From assembly GCA_051003195.1 (NCBI GenBank), contig JBPCLP010000001.1, positions 1 to 64,000 on the forward strand: a stretch of 64,000 nt of DNA, written 5' to 3'. The notes beneath the pieces are model-generated. The model worked only from the letters and a program-made list of their open reading frames with translations, was not told where the DNA came from and ran no database searches. The DNA is from Candidatus Sumerlaeaceae bacterium. GTDB taxonomy: Bacteria > Sumerlaeota > Sumerlaeia > Sumerlaeales > Sumerlaeaceae. This document shows positions 29,391 through 39,876 of this stretch, piece after piece. Both the position numbers and the translations under genes were made by a program. The stretch's first letter is position 1. Every line of letters starts with the position of its first letter.

Positions 29391-31223
29391 GTGAGCGCCG
29401 TGGGAAAACGAAGGAACACTGGACGGCCAGTACAAGCAGGCAACGCCAAGGCGGTGATCGTTGCGCCCGCTCAAACCAGGGCAGGACATGTTTTTGCCGT
29501 GGTAATCTATCCAGCGCTGTTGGTGTTTGCGATCGCGGTGTGCAGCTTTCGTCCGGTTCTCGATCCGGACTGCTGGTTCCACATGGCACTGGGAAGGCTC
29601 TTAAATGAGACCCATCGTCTGACCCGCGTTGACGTGTTCTCCTCGACGGCCGCAGGCAACGAATGGATTTCCTCCGGCTGGCTGCCGTCGTTGCTGCTTC
29701 ACGTGAGCTATACGCGCTGGCAGTTTGCCGGGCTGGCTGCATGCGTATTCGTGACGATGGCGCTCACCTATCTTGCCGTTTATTACCACGGTGTGGTGCG
29801 GCTGCGCAACCGGGGGAGCCTGGTGATTATACTGCTGACGTCGGTCCTCGCAGCCAACATGCGATTTACACCAAGACCAGAAATTTTCAGCCTGCTGTTC
29901 CTCGCCCTTATGCTTGTCTGCTTACTGGCGATCGATGCTGCGCTCGAATCAGTGCCGGCTCGAGTGCCACGTGTTGCGTTTGCAGTACCGCTTTTGATAA
30001 TGGCATGGGCGAACTGCCATGCCGGGTTTGTTATCGGGCTTCTCGTGCTCTTTATTTATTGCGGCACTCTCGGCTGGCGTTGGCGACATCTGCGTTCGAA
30101 ACCCATGCTTCATTGCGCCGCGCTGCTGGCGACCGGTTTTCTAACCTGGCTGATCAACCCGTACGGTTGGAATGCAATGAAGCTGGCGGGTAAGATCCAG
30201 GCAATGCCGGGAGTGCAGCAACATGTAATGGAATGGATGCCGCTGTTCGCCACAACCGGACCCGCGTTGCCAACCGCAAGCTTAGTGGGACTGGGGCTGC
30301 TGGTGGGGCTTGCCGTACTTATATTAGTCCTGCATGGCGGTCGAGTGCAGACGTGGCACGCCATTGCGATCGCACTTTTTGTGGTGCTGGCTTGCTGGCA
30401 ACGGCGGCATCACGGGCTATCGGCAATTGCACTACCGATCCTGCTGATGCCGTACATGGCGGCGCTGGACCGGGTATTGATGCGCATTCCAGGACTCGTG
30501 CAAACCCTCGCCGCCAGTGGTGCTGTCGCCATTGCGCTGTTGCAGCATTCGGGTGCGTTGCAGGTGGGGAGAGGTCTGTTCCACCTGGCGCCGGACAATG
30601 ATCTGCTTCCTTCGCTTGCCGTGCGATGGATAAACGCGCACAGGCCGCCAGAGAACCTCTATAACGCCTATGGCGCAGGCGGCTACCTGCTCTACAATTC
30701 AGGTCCGCAGACGAAGGTCTTCATAGACGGCAGGCTTGATGTCTATGATCCGGCAACGTGGCGCGATTCACTGGGCTTTGAAAGCGGTGATATCGCCATT
30801 TCGGATTTCGCTAAACGATACTCCATCCAGAGCGCACTGGTTTACATTCGCGGAATGGGAACGAACCCCGCGCACATTGCGAGGCGACTCGATTCGGAAC
30901 CGGGCTGGCAGTTGGTTTATTTTGACGATTCCTATGCACTGTACGTGCGCGAGACGGCGGAGACAAGCAGGTACCTGCGCGAAAATGCATTCCGCTTTGT
31001 GAACCCGTTCGACCTGGGCAGAATTACTTCCCCGGAAGCTGTCGTGGCGGCGGGAACTGTGAGAGCAGAGATTCAACGGGCGCTAAAGACGAGTGACAAT
31101 TCAGTGAAGGCGATGCTTGTGGCGGCATACGAGGCACGTCATCGCGGTGACGAGGCCACTGCCCAGAAATATATCGAGGCGGCACGAGTGAAGAACCCGG
31201 CCATATCGTTCGGCAGCAGGTAA
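29391..31223 (+). CDS. Polytopic membrane protein, probable GT-C-fold glycosyltransferase; start approximate
   Basis: DPDCWFHMALGR, W.S..WL, RPE, WANCHAGF, INPYG, EW.P, YGAGGYL, VFIDGR.D.Y. Confidence 0.7.
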   Translation: MSAVGKRRNTGRPVQAGNAKAVIVAPAQTRAGHVFAVVIYPALLVFAIAVCSFRPVLDPDCWFHMALGRLLNETHRLTRVDVFSSTAAGNEWISSGWLPSLLLHVSYTRWQFAGLAACVFVTMALTYLAVYYHGVVRLRNRGSLVIILLTSVLAANMRFTPRPEIFSLLFLALMLVCLLAIDAALESVPARVPRVAFAVPLLIMAWANCHAGFVIGLLVLFIYCGTLGWRWRHLRSKPMLHCAALLATGFLTWLINPYGWNAMKLAGKIQAMPGVQQHVMEWMPLFATTGPALPTASLVGLGLLVGLAVLILVLHGGRVQTWHAIAIALFVVLACWQRRHHGLSAIALPILLMPYMAALDRVLMRIPGLVQTLAASGAVAIALLQHSGALQVGRGLFHLAPDNDLLPSLAVRWINAHRPPENLYNAYGAGGYLLYNSGPQTKVFIDGRLDVYDPATWRDSLGFESGDIAISDFAKRYSIQSALVYIRGMGTNPAHIARRLDSEPGWQLVYFDDSYALYVRETAETSRYLRENAFRFVNPFDLGRITSPEAVVAAGTVRAEIQRALKTSDNSVKAMLVAAYEARHRGDEATAQKYIEAARVKNPAISFGSR

Positions 31224-31235
31224 ACCACCGCGAAA

Positions 31236-32672
31236 TTACTCGCGGCTCTGCGCCTTGATCCACGCTTCCTGCGCGTCCTTCAGTGCTAATCCATACACGC
31301 TTTTGAAGGCTTCTTCGAACTTCTCTTCCGCGGCGATGTTCTTGATCCAGTTGGTCAGTTTCTCATGGCCATACTTACGATTGAGAAACGCGAGAAAGTA
31401 CTTCGACAACAGGTAGGCGTTTTCCGCGTCACCCTTGGATTCAATGTCTTTAAATGAGTTTTGAAGGCTGGCAAAATCGAGCTGATTACGGGCCAGCGCA
31501 TCGCGCATCTGCGCCTGCTCGCGTGGGTTTTCACGGAATTGCGGTTCCATCAACTGCGCGAGCCCCTCGTGAAACCAGGCCGGGACTTTCTGCTTCACGT
31601 TCATCGCCAGCACCGCGTGCGTGTATTCGTGGAAGAGCAGGTCTTTCACCTGGCTGGGTGCGCTCTGCACTTCATCGACCTTCAAGCGCATCTTGCCGTC
31701 AAATATGCCGATTGCCCATTCTGGCAGCTTGGCGATGTTCGCGAAGTCTTTCGCCGTGTATAGCTTCACATTGACGGCCCTTGCCGGGTAAATGCCAAGG
31801 TCCTTGCCGATGGTTTCATATGCGCTGGACAATATTCCGAGCAACTCGGGCACGGAGACCCCGTTGCTGTATTCCACATGGTGAATGATGAAGTGACCTT
31901 TGGGATCCACCGCGCGCTTGAAATTAGATTCGACCCGCGACTCGTCCTCGATCATCTGGAGACGATTTGCCAGGTAGGCCCGGTTCTCCGTATCCAGCGG
32001 CAACGCCGCCGCATAATGTGTTTTGGCGAGCACGTAATCATTTTCCTCGTAGCCGAGGTCGCCCATGTAGAGGTGAGCCATGGAGTTGGATGTGTCCAGA
32101 TCGAGCGACTGCTTGAACGAAACCCTGGCTTCCTGCACCTGGTTCCGCTTCATAAGTTCGGCGCCCCACAAGGTAAGCAGCGCGGAGTAGTTATGCCGTA
32201 TCTCTTCCCGTACTTTCTGGTCGTTGAGTTTGCCGAGCGAAACACTGGCACGCTCGAAAAACTGCTGCGCCTGGGGAAACTGGTGAGCATTTGATCGTTC
32301 GACGGCGAGGTTGTTGAGGCTGGAAATATAGTTGCGGAGCAACGTCTGCTTCAGCCGTTCGTCCTGCGGCTGCATCTCCAGCGCCTTTTCGTAAAACGCC
32401 AATGCATCGATGACCTGGCCTTTGTTAGCCAGCGCAACGGCTTTGGAATTGTACGCGGCCAGCAGGTTCTCTTTGAACTGCGGATTGTCGGGATTTTCCG
32501 AAATGGCGCCCTTGAGAAGCGTAATTGCTTCGTCGTAACGCTGAGCATTGAGTGCTTCGACTCCACGGTTGTTTTCCAGGTAGGGCTTGCGCGCGCGCAG
32601 CACCATCGGAATCGTGGCGAGCACGACTCCAAGAATGACAATGTTCAGACCAATAAGAAACCAGCGATTCAT
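31236..32672 (-). CDS. TPR-repeat protein with MA-clan metallopeptidase domain
   Basis: N-terminal TM, TPR repeats, HEYTH...PAWFHEGLA. Confidence 0.88.
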   Translation of the reverse strand: MNRWFLIGLNIVILGVVLATIPMVLRARKPYLENNRGVEALNAQRYDEAITLLKGAISENPDNPQFKENLLAAYNSKAVALANKGQVIDALAFYEKALEMQPQDERLKQTLLRNYISSLNNLAVERSNAHQFPQAQQFFERASVSLGKLNDQKVREEIRHNYSALLTLWGAELMKRNQVQEARVSFKQSLDLDTSNSMAHLYMGDLGYEENDYVLAKTHYAAALPLDTENRAYLANRLQMIEDESRVESNFKRAVDPKGHFIIHHVEYSNGVSVPELLGILSSAYETIGKDLGIYPARAVNVKLYTAKDFANIAKLPEWAIGIFDGKMRLKVDEVQSAPSQVKDLLFHEYTHAVLAMNVKQKVPAWFHEGLAQLMEPQFRENPREQAQMRDALARNQLDFASLQNSFKDIESKGDAENAYLLSKYFLAFLNRKYGHEKLTNWIKNIAAEEKFEEAFKSVYGLALKDAQEAWIKAQSRE

Positions 32673-32764
32673 GCCGAAGGAGTTACAGCGCTGCGAGAGT
32701 TTGTTTGCGCAAATGTGCGATTTCGCCCAGGCCTGAGCGAGCGGGAAGTGCTGCCCGGCCGATA

Positions 32765-33664
32765 CTACATTACCGTGGCGGTCGTCGTGGTATCGGTCGC
32801 CGTAACGGTCGTCACGTCAGAGGATGTGGTCAGGTCGTCAGCGGGGGCGAGCGGTTTCGGCTCCTGCGCTGCCGCGAAGTTCGGATCCACGGAAAGGACC
32901 GGGCGGTTATCTTCCGTCCTGAAACTGGCAGTTGTTAGTTTACCCGCCGGAATCTCGACGATTTCGATGGAGCTGAGCAATGTTGCATCCAATGGCATCT
33001 GTGGCTTCTTTGTCGGCTTATTGGATATGGCGCGCACGACATCGATACCACCTGCGACTTTGCCTATAATTGTATAGCGGCCATTGCGGTCGGGAAATGG
33101 GCGCAATGCAATAAACCAGCGGCTGCCGCTGGATTGCGATCCACTGCCGTCCATCGCCAGCAGGCCGCCTCCGTCAAATTGCAGGCCCGGCGAAATTTCC
33201 AGCGGCAACACGGTCCCGGAATCGCCCGCGCCCTTATTAATCGGATCGCCGCCGAAGACCATCGTATCTTCAATGATACGATAGAACGTGGTATTGTTGT
33301 AGAGAGGTCGCTTGCTCTCGACCATGGTCACCGGGTGTTTCCACGCTTTCCTGCCGAGCGCGAGATCGATGAAATTCTTCGTCGTATTGGGAGCCTGTTG
33401 TGTAAAGAGCGTCACGATGAAATCGCCTTCACTGGTATGAAAAACGGCGTAGGTACCGGCTGCGAGAGTGATGGGCCCGGTGGTGGCGTCCCCCTCAAGC
33501 TGGTACATTGCGCGAGGTGTGGTGCCGGCACCGGCCGGTGCGATTATTGGCTTATTGGCAAGCGCGTCGCCTTTTTGCGGGACAGCGGGTTTCGGTTGAG
33601 CGCTCGAGTTGTGTGTCAGCAACGCAAATGTGACCGCTAAGATCGCAACATACGCCAGGTTCAT
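32765..33664 (-). CDS. Exported cyclophilin-like protein (divergent active site)
   Basis: TSEGDF...LF...APNTTKNF, FYRII, GGDP...G.G, G.LAM, YTIIGKV..G.DVV. Confidence 0.85.
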   Translation of the reverse strand: MNLAYVAILAVTFALLTHNSSAQPKPAVPQKGDALANKPIIAPAGAGTTPRAMYQLEGDATTGPITLAAGTYAVFHTSEGDFIVTLFTQQAPNTTKNFIDLALGRKAWKHPVTMVESKRPLYNNTTFYRIIEDTMVFGGDPINKGAGDSGTVLPLEISPGLQFDGGGLLAMDGSGSQSSGSRWFIALRPFPDRNGRYTIIGKVAGGIDVVRAISNKPTKKPQMPLDATLLSSIEIVEIPAGKLTTASFRTEDNRPVLSVDPNFAAAQEPKPLAPADDLTTSSDVTTVTATDTTTTATVM

Positions 33665-33727
33665 ACGCACCAGTTCCACCTCCGAAGTGGGTTTCTGTCG
33701 CCCACGGTTCCTGTAAACAAAACTGAT

Positions 33728-34678
33728 TCAAGGCATTTTCCGCACGCGCGCGCGACTTCGATTTCCGCCCGAAAGCTTGCGCAGCAGGAATCGCCAATTG
33801 GCCACATACGAGCGCAGTTGCTGAGCGCGGTGACCTCGCGCGGCGGGCTCGGTAAGCATCCACCTGATTTCGCATGGAATGGACCACCTGAGCAACTGGA
33901 ATAACGAGAAGTTCTTAAGGCAAAACTGGATCCGCATGCGCGAATACATCCGTCGCAGGGCGGGGCTGTCGGCGCCCAGCGACACGGATTCATGGTGTAC
34001 CATCACAGCCGAGGGTACGTAGACAATGCGTTTCCCGAGCTGGCGCACACGCATGCAAAGATCGACTTCCTCATAGTACGCGGGAAAGTACTCTTCGTCG
34101 AAACCGCCGAGAGATTCCATGAGTTCGCGACGGATCGCAAACCCGGCGCCGGTTACATAGTCCACATCACGTTGCGTATCGAACTGACCCCGGTCCTGCT
34201 GCCCTAACCCGTGGTGCGCTGTCATGCCGTTGGGATAAACAATCCCCCCGGCATGTTGCAGTACCCGTGAGCCCGGATAAACCATTTTGGCGCCGGTGAT
34301 GCCGATATCCGTATCGTTGAGCAGCGGACGCACGAGTTCGTCCAGAAAGCCCGGTGTGATTTCGGTATCGGGATTCAGGAAGACCAGCACTTCACCCATG
34401 GATGCACGCCAGCCTGCGTTGTTTCCACCCGCGCAACCGAGATTGCATTGAAGTGGAATCGGCTTCAGCGGCAGTGCAGACTTGCTCGCTGCCTCTTCCG
34501 CCAGTTTGAGGCTGTCATCCGTGGATGCATTGTCCACCACCACCACTTCAACTGGTGAACGGGTGGAGGCCACGACACTGCTAATGCATGGGCCAATAAA
34601 CTTTGCACTGCCAAAAGTGAGGATAATGACGCTGATCGATGGCTGCTGTCCGGCAGGCGCGGGTTGGTCCGAAGGCAT
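33728..34678 (-). CDS. Glycosyltransferase family 2
   Basis: VVVDNASTD, NLGCAGGNN, FLNPD, GGFDE, YYEEVDLC. Confidence 0.93.
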   Translation of the reverse strand: MPSDQPAPAGQQPSISVIILTFGSAKFIGPCISSVVASTRSPVEVVVVDNASTDDSLKLAEEAASKSALPLKPIPLQCNLGCAGGNNAGWRASMGEVLVFLNPDTEITPGFLDELVRPLLNDTDIGITGAKMVYPGSRVLQHAGGIVYPNGMTAHHGLGQQDRGQFDTQRDVDYVTGAGFAIRRELMESLGGFDEEYFPAYYEEVDLCMRVRQLGKRIVYVPSAVMVHHESVSLGADSPALRRMYSRMRIQFCLKNFSLFQLLRWSIPCEIRWMLTEPAARGHRAQQLRSYVANWRFLLRKLSGGNRSRARVRKMP

Positions 34679-34723
34679 GGTGGCGCAAGCTGTTCGCAGA
34701 AGGGTGTGGGCGTTGCTACAGAA

Positions 34724-35821
34724 TTATTTGCGCGGCGGGGTCGAGGTCAGCTTGTTTTTCGCTTCCGCGCTAGGTTCAGCTAGAGCGGTGGGCACTGCAG
34801 TGGCAGCAGGCACGGCGGCTGCGGCGCTTGCTGGCGTCGGTAGCGGGGCGGTACCGGCTGCAGGTGCTGCGGCATCAGCCGCGGGTGCAGCGGGCCCGGC
34901 CTGGGGCTGTTTCAACCCGAGCAGTTCACTAACGGTGACGAACTCGTAGCCCTGGGCACGAATCGGATCGATGATGTTAACGGTCGTATTATAGGCTTTC
35001 TCGGTGCGGTCGTGCATGAGAATGATGGAGCCGTCCTTCACCTGACTAAGGACGATGCTGGTCATTTTATCTTCCTTGGTGGTGGCGCGCCAATCGTCTG
35101 TATCAATATTCCAGGTAATGATTTTCAGGCCAAGTTCCTGGCAGACATCCTGCACGAGCTTAGGCGCCTGGCCGAATGGGGGACGGAACGCGTTTACCTG
35201 CTGTACGCCAGTAATCTCTTTAATAATGTCGTTAGTCCTGCTGATTTCCTCGCGCACTTTTTCGATGGGCTTGCCCTTGAACTGAGGGTGCGTCATCGTA
35301 TGATTGGCGACCTCGAAACCGCTTTCGACCAGTAGCTTCGCCAATTCCGAGTTCTTCTCGATGTTCGGGCCAATCAGGAAGAAAGTGGCTTTGACGCCCT
35401 TTGAACGAAGCAGATCGATGAACTTGGGTGTCCATTCGGGGTGCGGCCCGTCGTCAAAGGTAAGCGCAACCCACTTACGGCCGGTCGGCCATTCACGAAT
35501 CAGCTTGTGGGAGGAATCCGGAGTCCGAATGGGCTTGGCAGCCAGGATCTGAGCCGCACTCTGCACGGGTCCGCCCGACGTGCTACCTGGAACTGGAGTC
35601 TGCATCTGGCGCTGATAATCGGCGAGCACGGAATTGTTTTCAGGATTGGACGAGGTGAGGGTCTGCGTAGTCGCCGGCCCCCCGGGTTTCGCCATGTTGA
35701 TCGGATTCCGGATGTGGAGATTGCCCGATCCAACGCGACTGTACACATAGTAACCACCGACTGCGATTGCCAGGCATCCGATTACGGCGAAGATGCCGAC
35801 CAGTATTTTCAATGCTTTCAC
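34724..35821 (-). CDS. Membrane-anchored polysaccharide deacetylase (CE4/NodB)
   Basis: ALTFDDGP, NHTMTH, FRPPFG, DTDDW, IILMHD. Confidence 0.93.
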   Translation of the reverse strand: MKALKILVGIFAVIGCLAIAVGGYYVYSRVGSGNLHIRNPINMAKPGGPATTQTLTSSNPENNSVLADYQRQMQTPVPGSTSGGPVQSAAQILAAKPIRTPDSSHKLIREWPTGRKWVALTFDDGPHPEWTPKFIDLLRSKGVKATFFLIGPNIEKNSELAKLLVESGFEVANHTMTHPQFKGKPIEKVREEISRTNDIIKEITGVQQVNAFRPPFGQAPKLVQDVCQELGLKIITWNIDTDDWRATTKEDKMTSIVLSQVKDGSIILMHDRTEKAYNTTVNIIDPIRAQGYEFVTVSELLGLKQPQAGPAAPAADAAAPAAGTAPLPTPASAAAAVPAATAVPTALAEPSAEAKNKLTSTPPRK

Positions 35822-35956
35822 GTTCAGCGATACTCCCCAAGAGGGTATCCCGGTGGGCGAGACAGCCGTTTCGGGACCTACGGCTCAACACCTGTTGCAA
35901 GGTTGAGGCCAACTGTACTACAAACAAGCATGCAGCAAAATCTGGCAGTGCTACAC

Positions 35957-35988
35957 AAAAGAAAAGGCGGGCAGTTACCTGCCCGCCT
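35957..35988 (-). terminator. Intrinsic terminator after rplS
   Basis: AGGCGGGCAG-GTAA-CTGCCCGCCT followed by TTTCTTTT on the minus strand. Confidence 0.85.
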
Positions 35989-36012
35989 GAAACATTTGTT
36001 TTTGCCTGGAGC

Positions 36013-36522
36013 TTACGCCTGCTGTTCAGCCTCCGGCTGTTGTGCAGCAGTTGCTTCCGGTGCAGCTTCTGTCGGTGCAGCTTCTGCCGGTTCAACTTCT
36101 TCGGGGACAGCAGCCAGCGCCGGTGAGTAGGCGGGCTTGTTTAACTGGTGCGGACGAAATGCGGTGCCATCGGGGTTCTTGCGTTCCACGATGCGGGCCT
36201 TCTTACCGCTGAGTTCGCGCAGATAGTAAAGCTTTGCACGCCGTACCTTGCCTTTGCGGACGACAAGGATCTTGTCGACTTTCGGGGAGTGAATGGGGAA
36301 TATACGTTCCATGCCGACTCCGTAGCTGACGCGACGGACGGTAATTGTCTCACGAATGCCCCCACCCTTGCGGCGGATGCATACACCCTCAAAATCCTGG
36401 ATGCGTTCCTTGTCACCTTCGGTAATTCTCACCGAGATGCGGAGGGTATCTCCGGCCTGGAACTCCGGAAGTTCTTTACGAAGTTGGCCGGCTTCGTAAT
36501 CACGAATAATCTGGCTGCTCAT
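36013..36522 (-). CDS. rplS: 50S ribosomal protein L19 with Ala/Glu/Pro-rich tail
   Basis: [41 protein letters not shown]. Confidence 0.98.
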   Translation of the reverse strand: MSSQIIRDYEAGQLRKELPEFQAGDTLRISVRITEGDKERIQDFEGVCIRRKGGGIRETITVRRVSYGVGMERIFPIHSPKVDKILVVRKGKVRRAKLYYLRELSGKKARIVERKNPDGTAFRPHQLNKPAYSPALAAVPEEVEPAEAAPTEAAPEATAAQQPEAEQQA

Positions 36523-36693
36523 TTTGCAGCTCCTCTTCTATGTTTTGGCAGAGGTGAAGGCGTTTCGCCCCGTTGCCACGAAGCTGCGTCTCACGTACCC
36601 TGCTTCGGCTAAACCGAAGGAAATGAGCACCGCGAGGTGCCCGGCGGCTGGGCAATTCCAGACGCGAGAGGCAGGTACCCGGCTATGGGGGGT

Positions 36694-37716
36694 TCATTCA
36701 AGGGCAGCGGGGTCTAGCTGCGCCATCCCGGATTGAGCCAGCTTCGCGGCTTGCAGGATCGCTGCCACCATGCTCGACTCATTGGCAACGCCTTTACCCG
36801 CAATACTAAAAGCTGTCCCATGGTCGGGAGACGTCCGTATAATTGGCAGACCCAGCGTCAGGTTTACTCCCCCATGGAAGTCGAGCGTCTTAACCGGGAT
36901 CAACGCCTGGTCGTGGTACATTGCAAGTACGACCTCGAAATCGCCCTGCAGCGCACGGTGAAAGACGGTATCCGCCGGGTACGGTCCGGTGGCGGCGATG
37001 CCAGATGCATTTGCCTCAGCAATAGCAGGTGCGATGATGTCGATTTCCTCATGGCCGATGTGACCCGCTTCGCCGGCGTGAGGGTTCAGACCGCAAACGG
37101 CAATCCTCGGCGCCTTGTGGTAGTAGCGCAGCCACCAACTATTAATGATCTGCAGGGATTGCCCGATCGCTGCGGTCGAGAGCAATGGCGGTACGCCTGC
37201 AACAGGCACATGGATGGTTTGCAGCACGACATGAAGGCCACCGCCGGCAAGCATCATTCGGACGTCGCATCCCCCGCAAAGGTAGGCCAGGAGTTCTGTG
37301 TGCCCGGGAAAAGTAACGCCCGCCGCATAGATTGCCTCTTTGGAAATGGGCGCGGTGCAGATCGCGTCGACTTTGCGATCCATTGCGAGTTTGGCCGCGG
37401 TCACGATCCACTGGTGTGCGGCGCGCCCGTTAAGTTCGGAAACTTTGCCAACGAGGTACGGCGATTCGCCACCCACCGTATCGTAGATAAGCAGTTCATC
37501 CCTCTGATCCAAATCTGCAGAGTGCTTTATGGCACGCCCACGCAAACTGATGCCGAGGCGTTCGCAGGTGACAGCAAGCACGTCGGCACTTCCCACAACC
37601 ACGGTGCAAGTGGCAGCCCGAACGTCTTCATGCACCAGTGCTTTGGCAATGACCTCGGGGCCAATACCGCCCGGATCGCCCATGCTGATTGCGATGCGCG
37701 GCTTAGTTGGCATCAT
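36694..37716 (-). CDS. pdxA: 4-hydroxythreonine-4-phosphate dehydrogenase
   Basis: MGDPGGIGPE, TAPISKE, GHTE, GLNPHAGE, AMYHDQ, RTSPDHGTAF. Confidence 0.95.
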   Translation of the reverse strand: MMPTKPRIAISMGDPGGIGPEVIAKALVHEDVRAATCTVVVGSADVLAVTCERLGISLRGRAIKHSADLDQRDELLIYDTVGGESPYLVGKVSELNGRAAHQWIVTAAKLAMDRKVDAICTAPISKEAIYAAGVTFPGHTELLAYLCGGCDVRMMLAGGGLHVVLQTIHVPVAGVPPLLSTAAIGQSLQIINSWWLRYYHKAPRIAVCGLNPHAGEAGHIGHEEIDIIAPAIAEANASGIAATGPYPADTVFHRALQGDFEVVLAMYHDQALIPVKTLDFHGGVNLTLGLPIIRTSPDHGTAFSIAGKGVANESSMVAAILQAAKLAQSGMAQLDPAALE

Positions 37717-37816
37717 GATTCAGTGCCGAATTTTCTGCGAAAATAAAACCAGCCATAAACAAAACGAGCGGCCCAATGGGGCCGCCCGTCATTAAAAACT
37801 TTAGCTGATTGTCTGC

Positions 37817-38137
37817 TTAGATTTCCTCGTCGCCGAAGTCTGCACTTAAACCAAGATCGTCGTAGTCAGCGGCCACATCGAGAGGCTCCTCGACCACCTG
37901 GTCCATAGGGGCGAACATCTGCTTTGGGAACACATCGAGCTTATCCTCGAGAAGTTCCTGCGTCGCGATGTGAAGAAGGTCACGGCTGCCGTCCGGCGGA
38001 AACGCCTGTGCGCGCTCGCCCAACTGGAGCTGCCGTACGCGGCGTGCCGTGGCGTTAACAATCAGGTACTGGAGGCGGTGCTGGCGGATCATGTCGCCCG
38101 GGTTTTCGTCAAAAAAAGAAGGTATTGCTGCGCTCAT
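37817..38137 (-). CDS. rpoZ: RNA polymerase omega subunit-like protein with acidic tail
   Basis: YLIVNATARRVRQLQLG...IATQELLEDKL matches the omega pattern. Confidence 0.7.
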   Translation of the reverse strand: MSAAIPSFFDENPGDMIRQHRLQYLIVNATARRVRQLQLGERAQAFPPDGSRDLLHIATQELLEDKLDVFPKQMFAPMDQVVEEPLDVAADYDDLGLSADFGDEEI

Positions 38138-38253
38138 TCTTATGCCTTTAGGTCGCAAATAGCCGGCATGGTGGGCCGGACCGAACATGGGACTACATAT
38201 AAGCCCGATAGTTCTTCAGGGCCACGGTGCAGCACCACCCAGGCGAATGGATG

Positions 38254-38394
38254 TCAGGGGTTCCACCAGTTGGATGTCATGACGATCATCGAGAGCAGCG
38301 AGATGGTATCGGCATCGAAGCCTTCGTTGCTGTTTCGGATCAGCTCATAGGTGGAATTGATCCAGTTCAGTCCTTCGGGGCAGATGTCGTTCAT
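38254..38394 (-). CDS. Possible 46-aa small protein
   Basis: MNDICPEGLNWINSTYELIRNSNEGFDADTISLLSMIVMTSNWWNP with host-like C/G-ending codons; no clear RBS. Confidence 0.3.
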   Translation of the reverse strand: MNDICPEGLNWINSTYELIRNSNEGFDADTISLLSMIVMTSNWWNP

Positions 38395-38637
38395 TTCAGC
38401 GACAGCCAGTGGTGCTGCGAAGCGCGTAGAAAATGTCTTTTGAAATGGCCCTGCAGTCGGTCTGACAAAAAGTGGAGGGATTTGCGATAGGAATGACGTC
38501 CAGTTTACCACGGTTTTGGCTTTAAATAACAGTTAAGAAACGGCCGACCTCACGCTCCCCCGAAGTGATGAGTGTCTCGCAATCGGGTTCGCAAAAAGCT
38601 TGCAGGCGCCTTTAAGGAAAGGCACACTCGCTGCGCT

Positions 38638-39876
38638 ATGTCGTTGTCGTCCGTTCGGTTCCTGCAGATTTCTGACCTCCACCTGGACTCCAGCCTCGGC
38701 GCAGGCCGGCTGGGTCTCCCACAAATTAAGCGCGCCCGTGTCCAGCGGGATATGGCGCATGCCCTTACACGTGCGATGGAAATTGCGCGGGACGAGGAAG
38801 TAGACGTCATCCTCGCGCCCGGGGACTTCTGGGATGACGAGGGAGTTTCGCTCAAGAGTGCCAGTCTTGTTTATGATGCCTTTGCGAGTGTCGCACCGAT
38901 ACCTGTACTCGTTGCGCCGGGCAATCACGACCCATTCAACGCGCTGAGCTACCACCATCCGGATTATTATCTAAACAAGGTTCGGCGCGCACATCCCGAT
39001 AACGTTTCCGTATTCGATCAACCTGCATGGAAGTGCGTGCGATTTCCGCATCTGCCGCAGGTAGACTTCTATGGATGCTGTTTTACCGAAAACCGGTTAC
39101 GCACAGATCGGCTGCTTGCATCGCTGCAGCCCGAACAAGCGGACAGGTTAAACGTCGCGCTGCTCCATGGTTCCCGCGACGATGTGGTTGCGCCGGATCG
39201 TGATGGGACACGCCTGATGACGGCGCCGTTTTCACGCGATGAGCTTTTGCACTCGGGAATGGATTACGCTGCGCTGGGACATTACCACCGCCACTCCACC
39301 ATCGAAGATGGGAGCGGCCTGATTCGCGGCGCCTACGGCGGCATTCCGGTTGCCCGGGGCCTGGATGAGTCAGGCGACCATTTTGTGCTCCTTGGCGAGA
39401 TCGCAACCGGTGGCGTAAAACCGGAGTTACTGCAACGAATCAAGCTGGATGTGCGGCGCATACTCAGGCTACCTATTGCAGTGGATGCAAGTTTGACCAA
39501 CAACACGGCGGTAAAGGATCGTGTGTGTTCGGCGTTGCGCTCGGCTGGTGTGGCCAAGGACGACATCGTGTATGCGACACTGGAAGGGCGAACGCATGCC
39601 GACGTGGATCATTTCGATTTTGATGAGGCGTGGTGCGACAACCAGTGCTTTCACCTGGTATTGGACCAGTCGCAACTCGAGCCTGAGTACGACCTCGATG
39701 CTTTACTCGCTGATGAAACGGCAGGCAAGCGGATCGAGGGACGATTTGCCAAAAGAATTCGTGAAATGCTGGAGCAAGCGGAATCGCCGGAACAGGTGCG
39801 AACGCTGCGTGCCGCACTTAATGTTGGAATGGATGCCCTCCAGGGCCGGGAAGTGAAACCGCGTCATGTTTATTAA
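38638..39876 (+). CDS. SbcD/Mre11-like metallophosphoesterase nuclease (YhaO-like)
   Basis: SDLHLD, PGDFWD, PGNHD, LLHGS, YAALGHYH. Confidence 0.9.
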   Translation: MSLSSVRFLQISDLHLDSSLGAGRLGLPQIKRARVQRDMAHALTRAMEIARDEEVDVILAPGDFWDDEGVSLKSASLVYDAFASVAPIPVLVAPGNHDPFNALSYHHPDYYLNKVRRAHPDNVSVFDQPAWKCVRFPHLPQVDFYGCCFTENRLRTDRLLASLQPEQADRLNVALLHGSRDDVVAPDRDGTRLMTAPFSRDELLHSGMDYAALGHYHRHSTIEDGSGLIRGAYGGIPVARGLDESGDHFVLLGEIATGGVKPELLQRIKLDVRRILRLPIAVDASLTNNTAVKDRVCSALRSAGVAKDDIVYATLEGRTHADVDHFDFDEAWCDNQCFHLVLDQSQLEPEYDLDALLADETAGKRIEGRFAKRIREMLEQAESPEQVRTLRAALNVGMDALQGREVKPRHVY

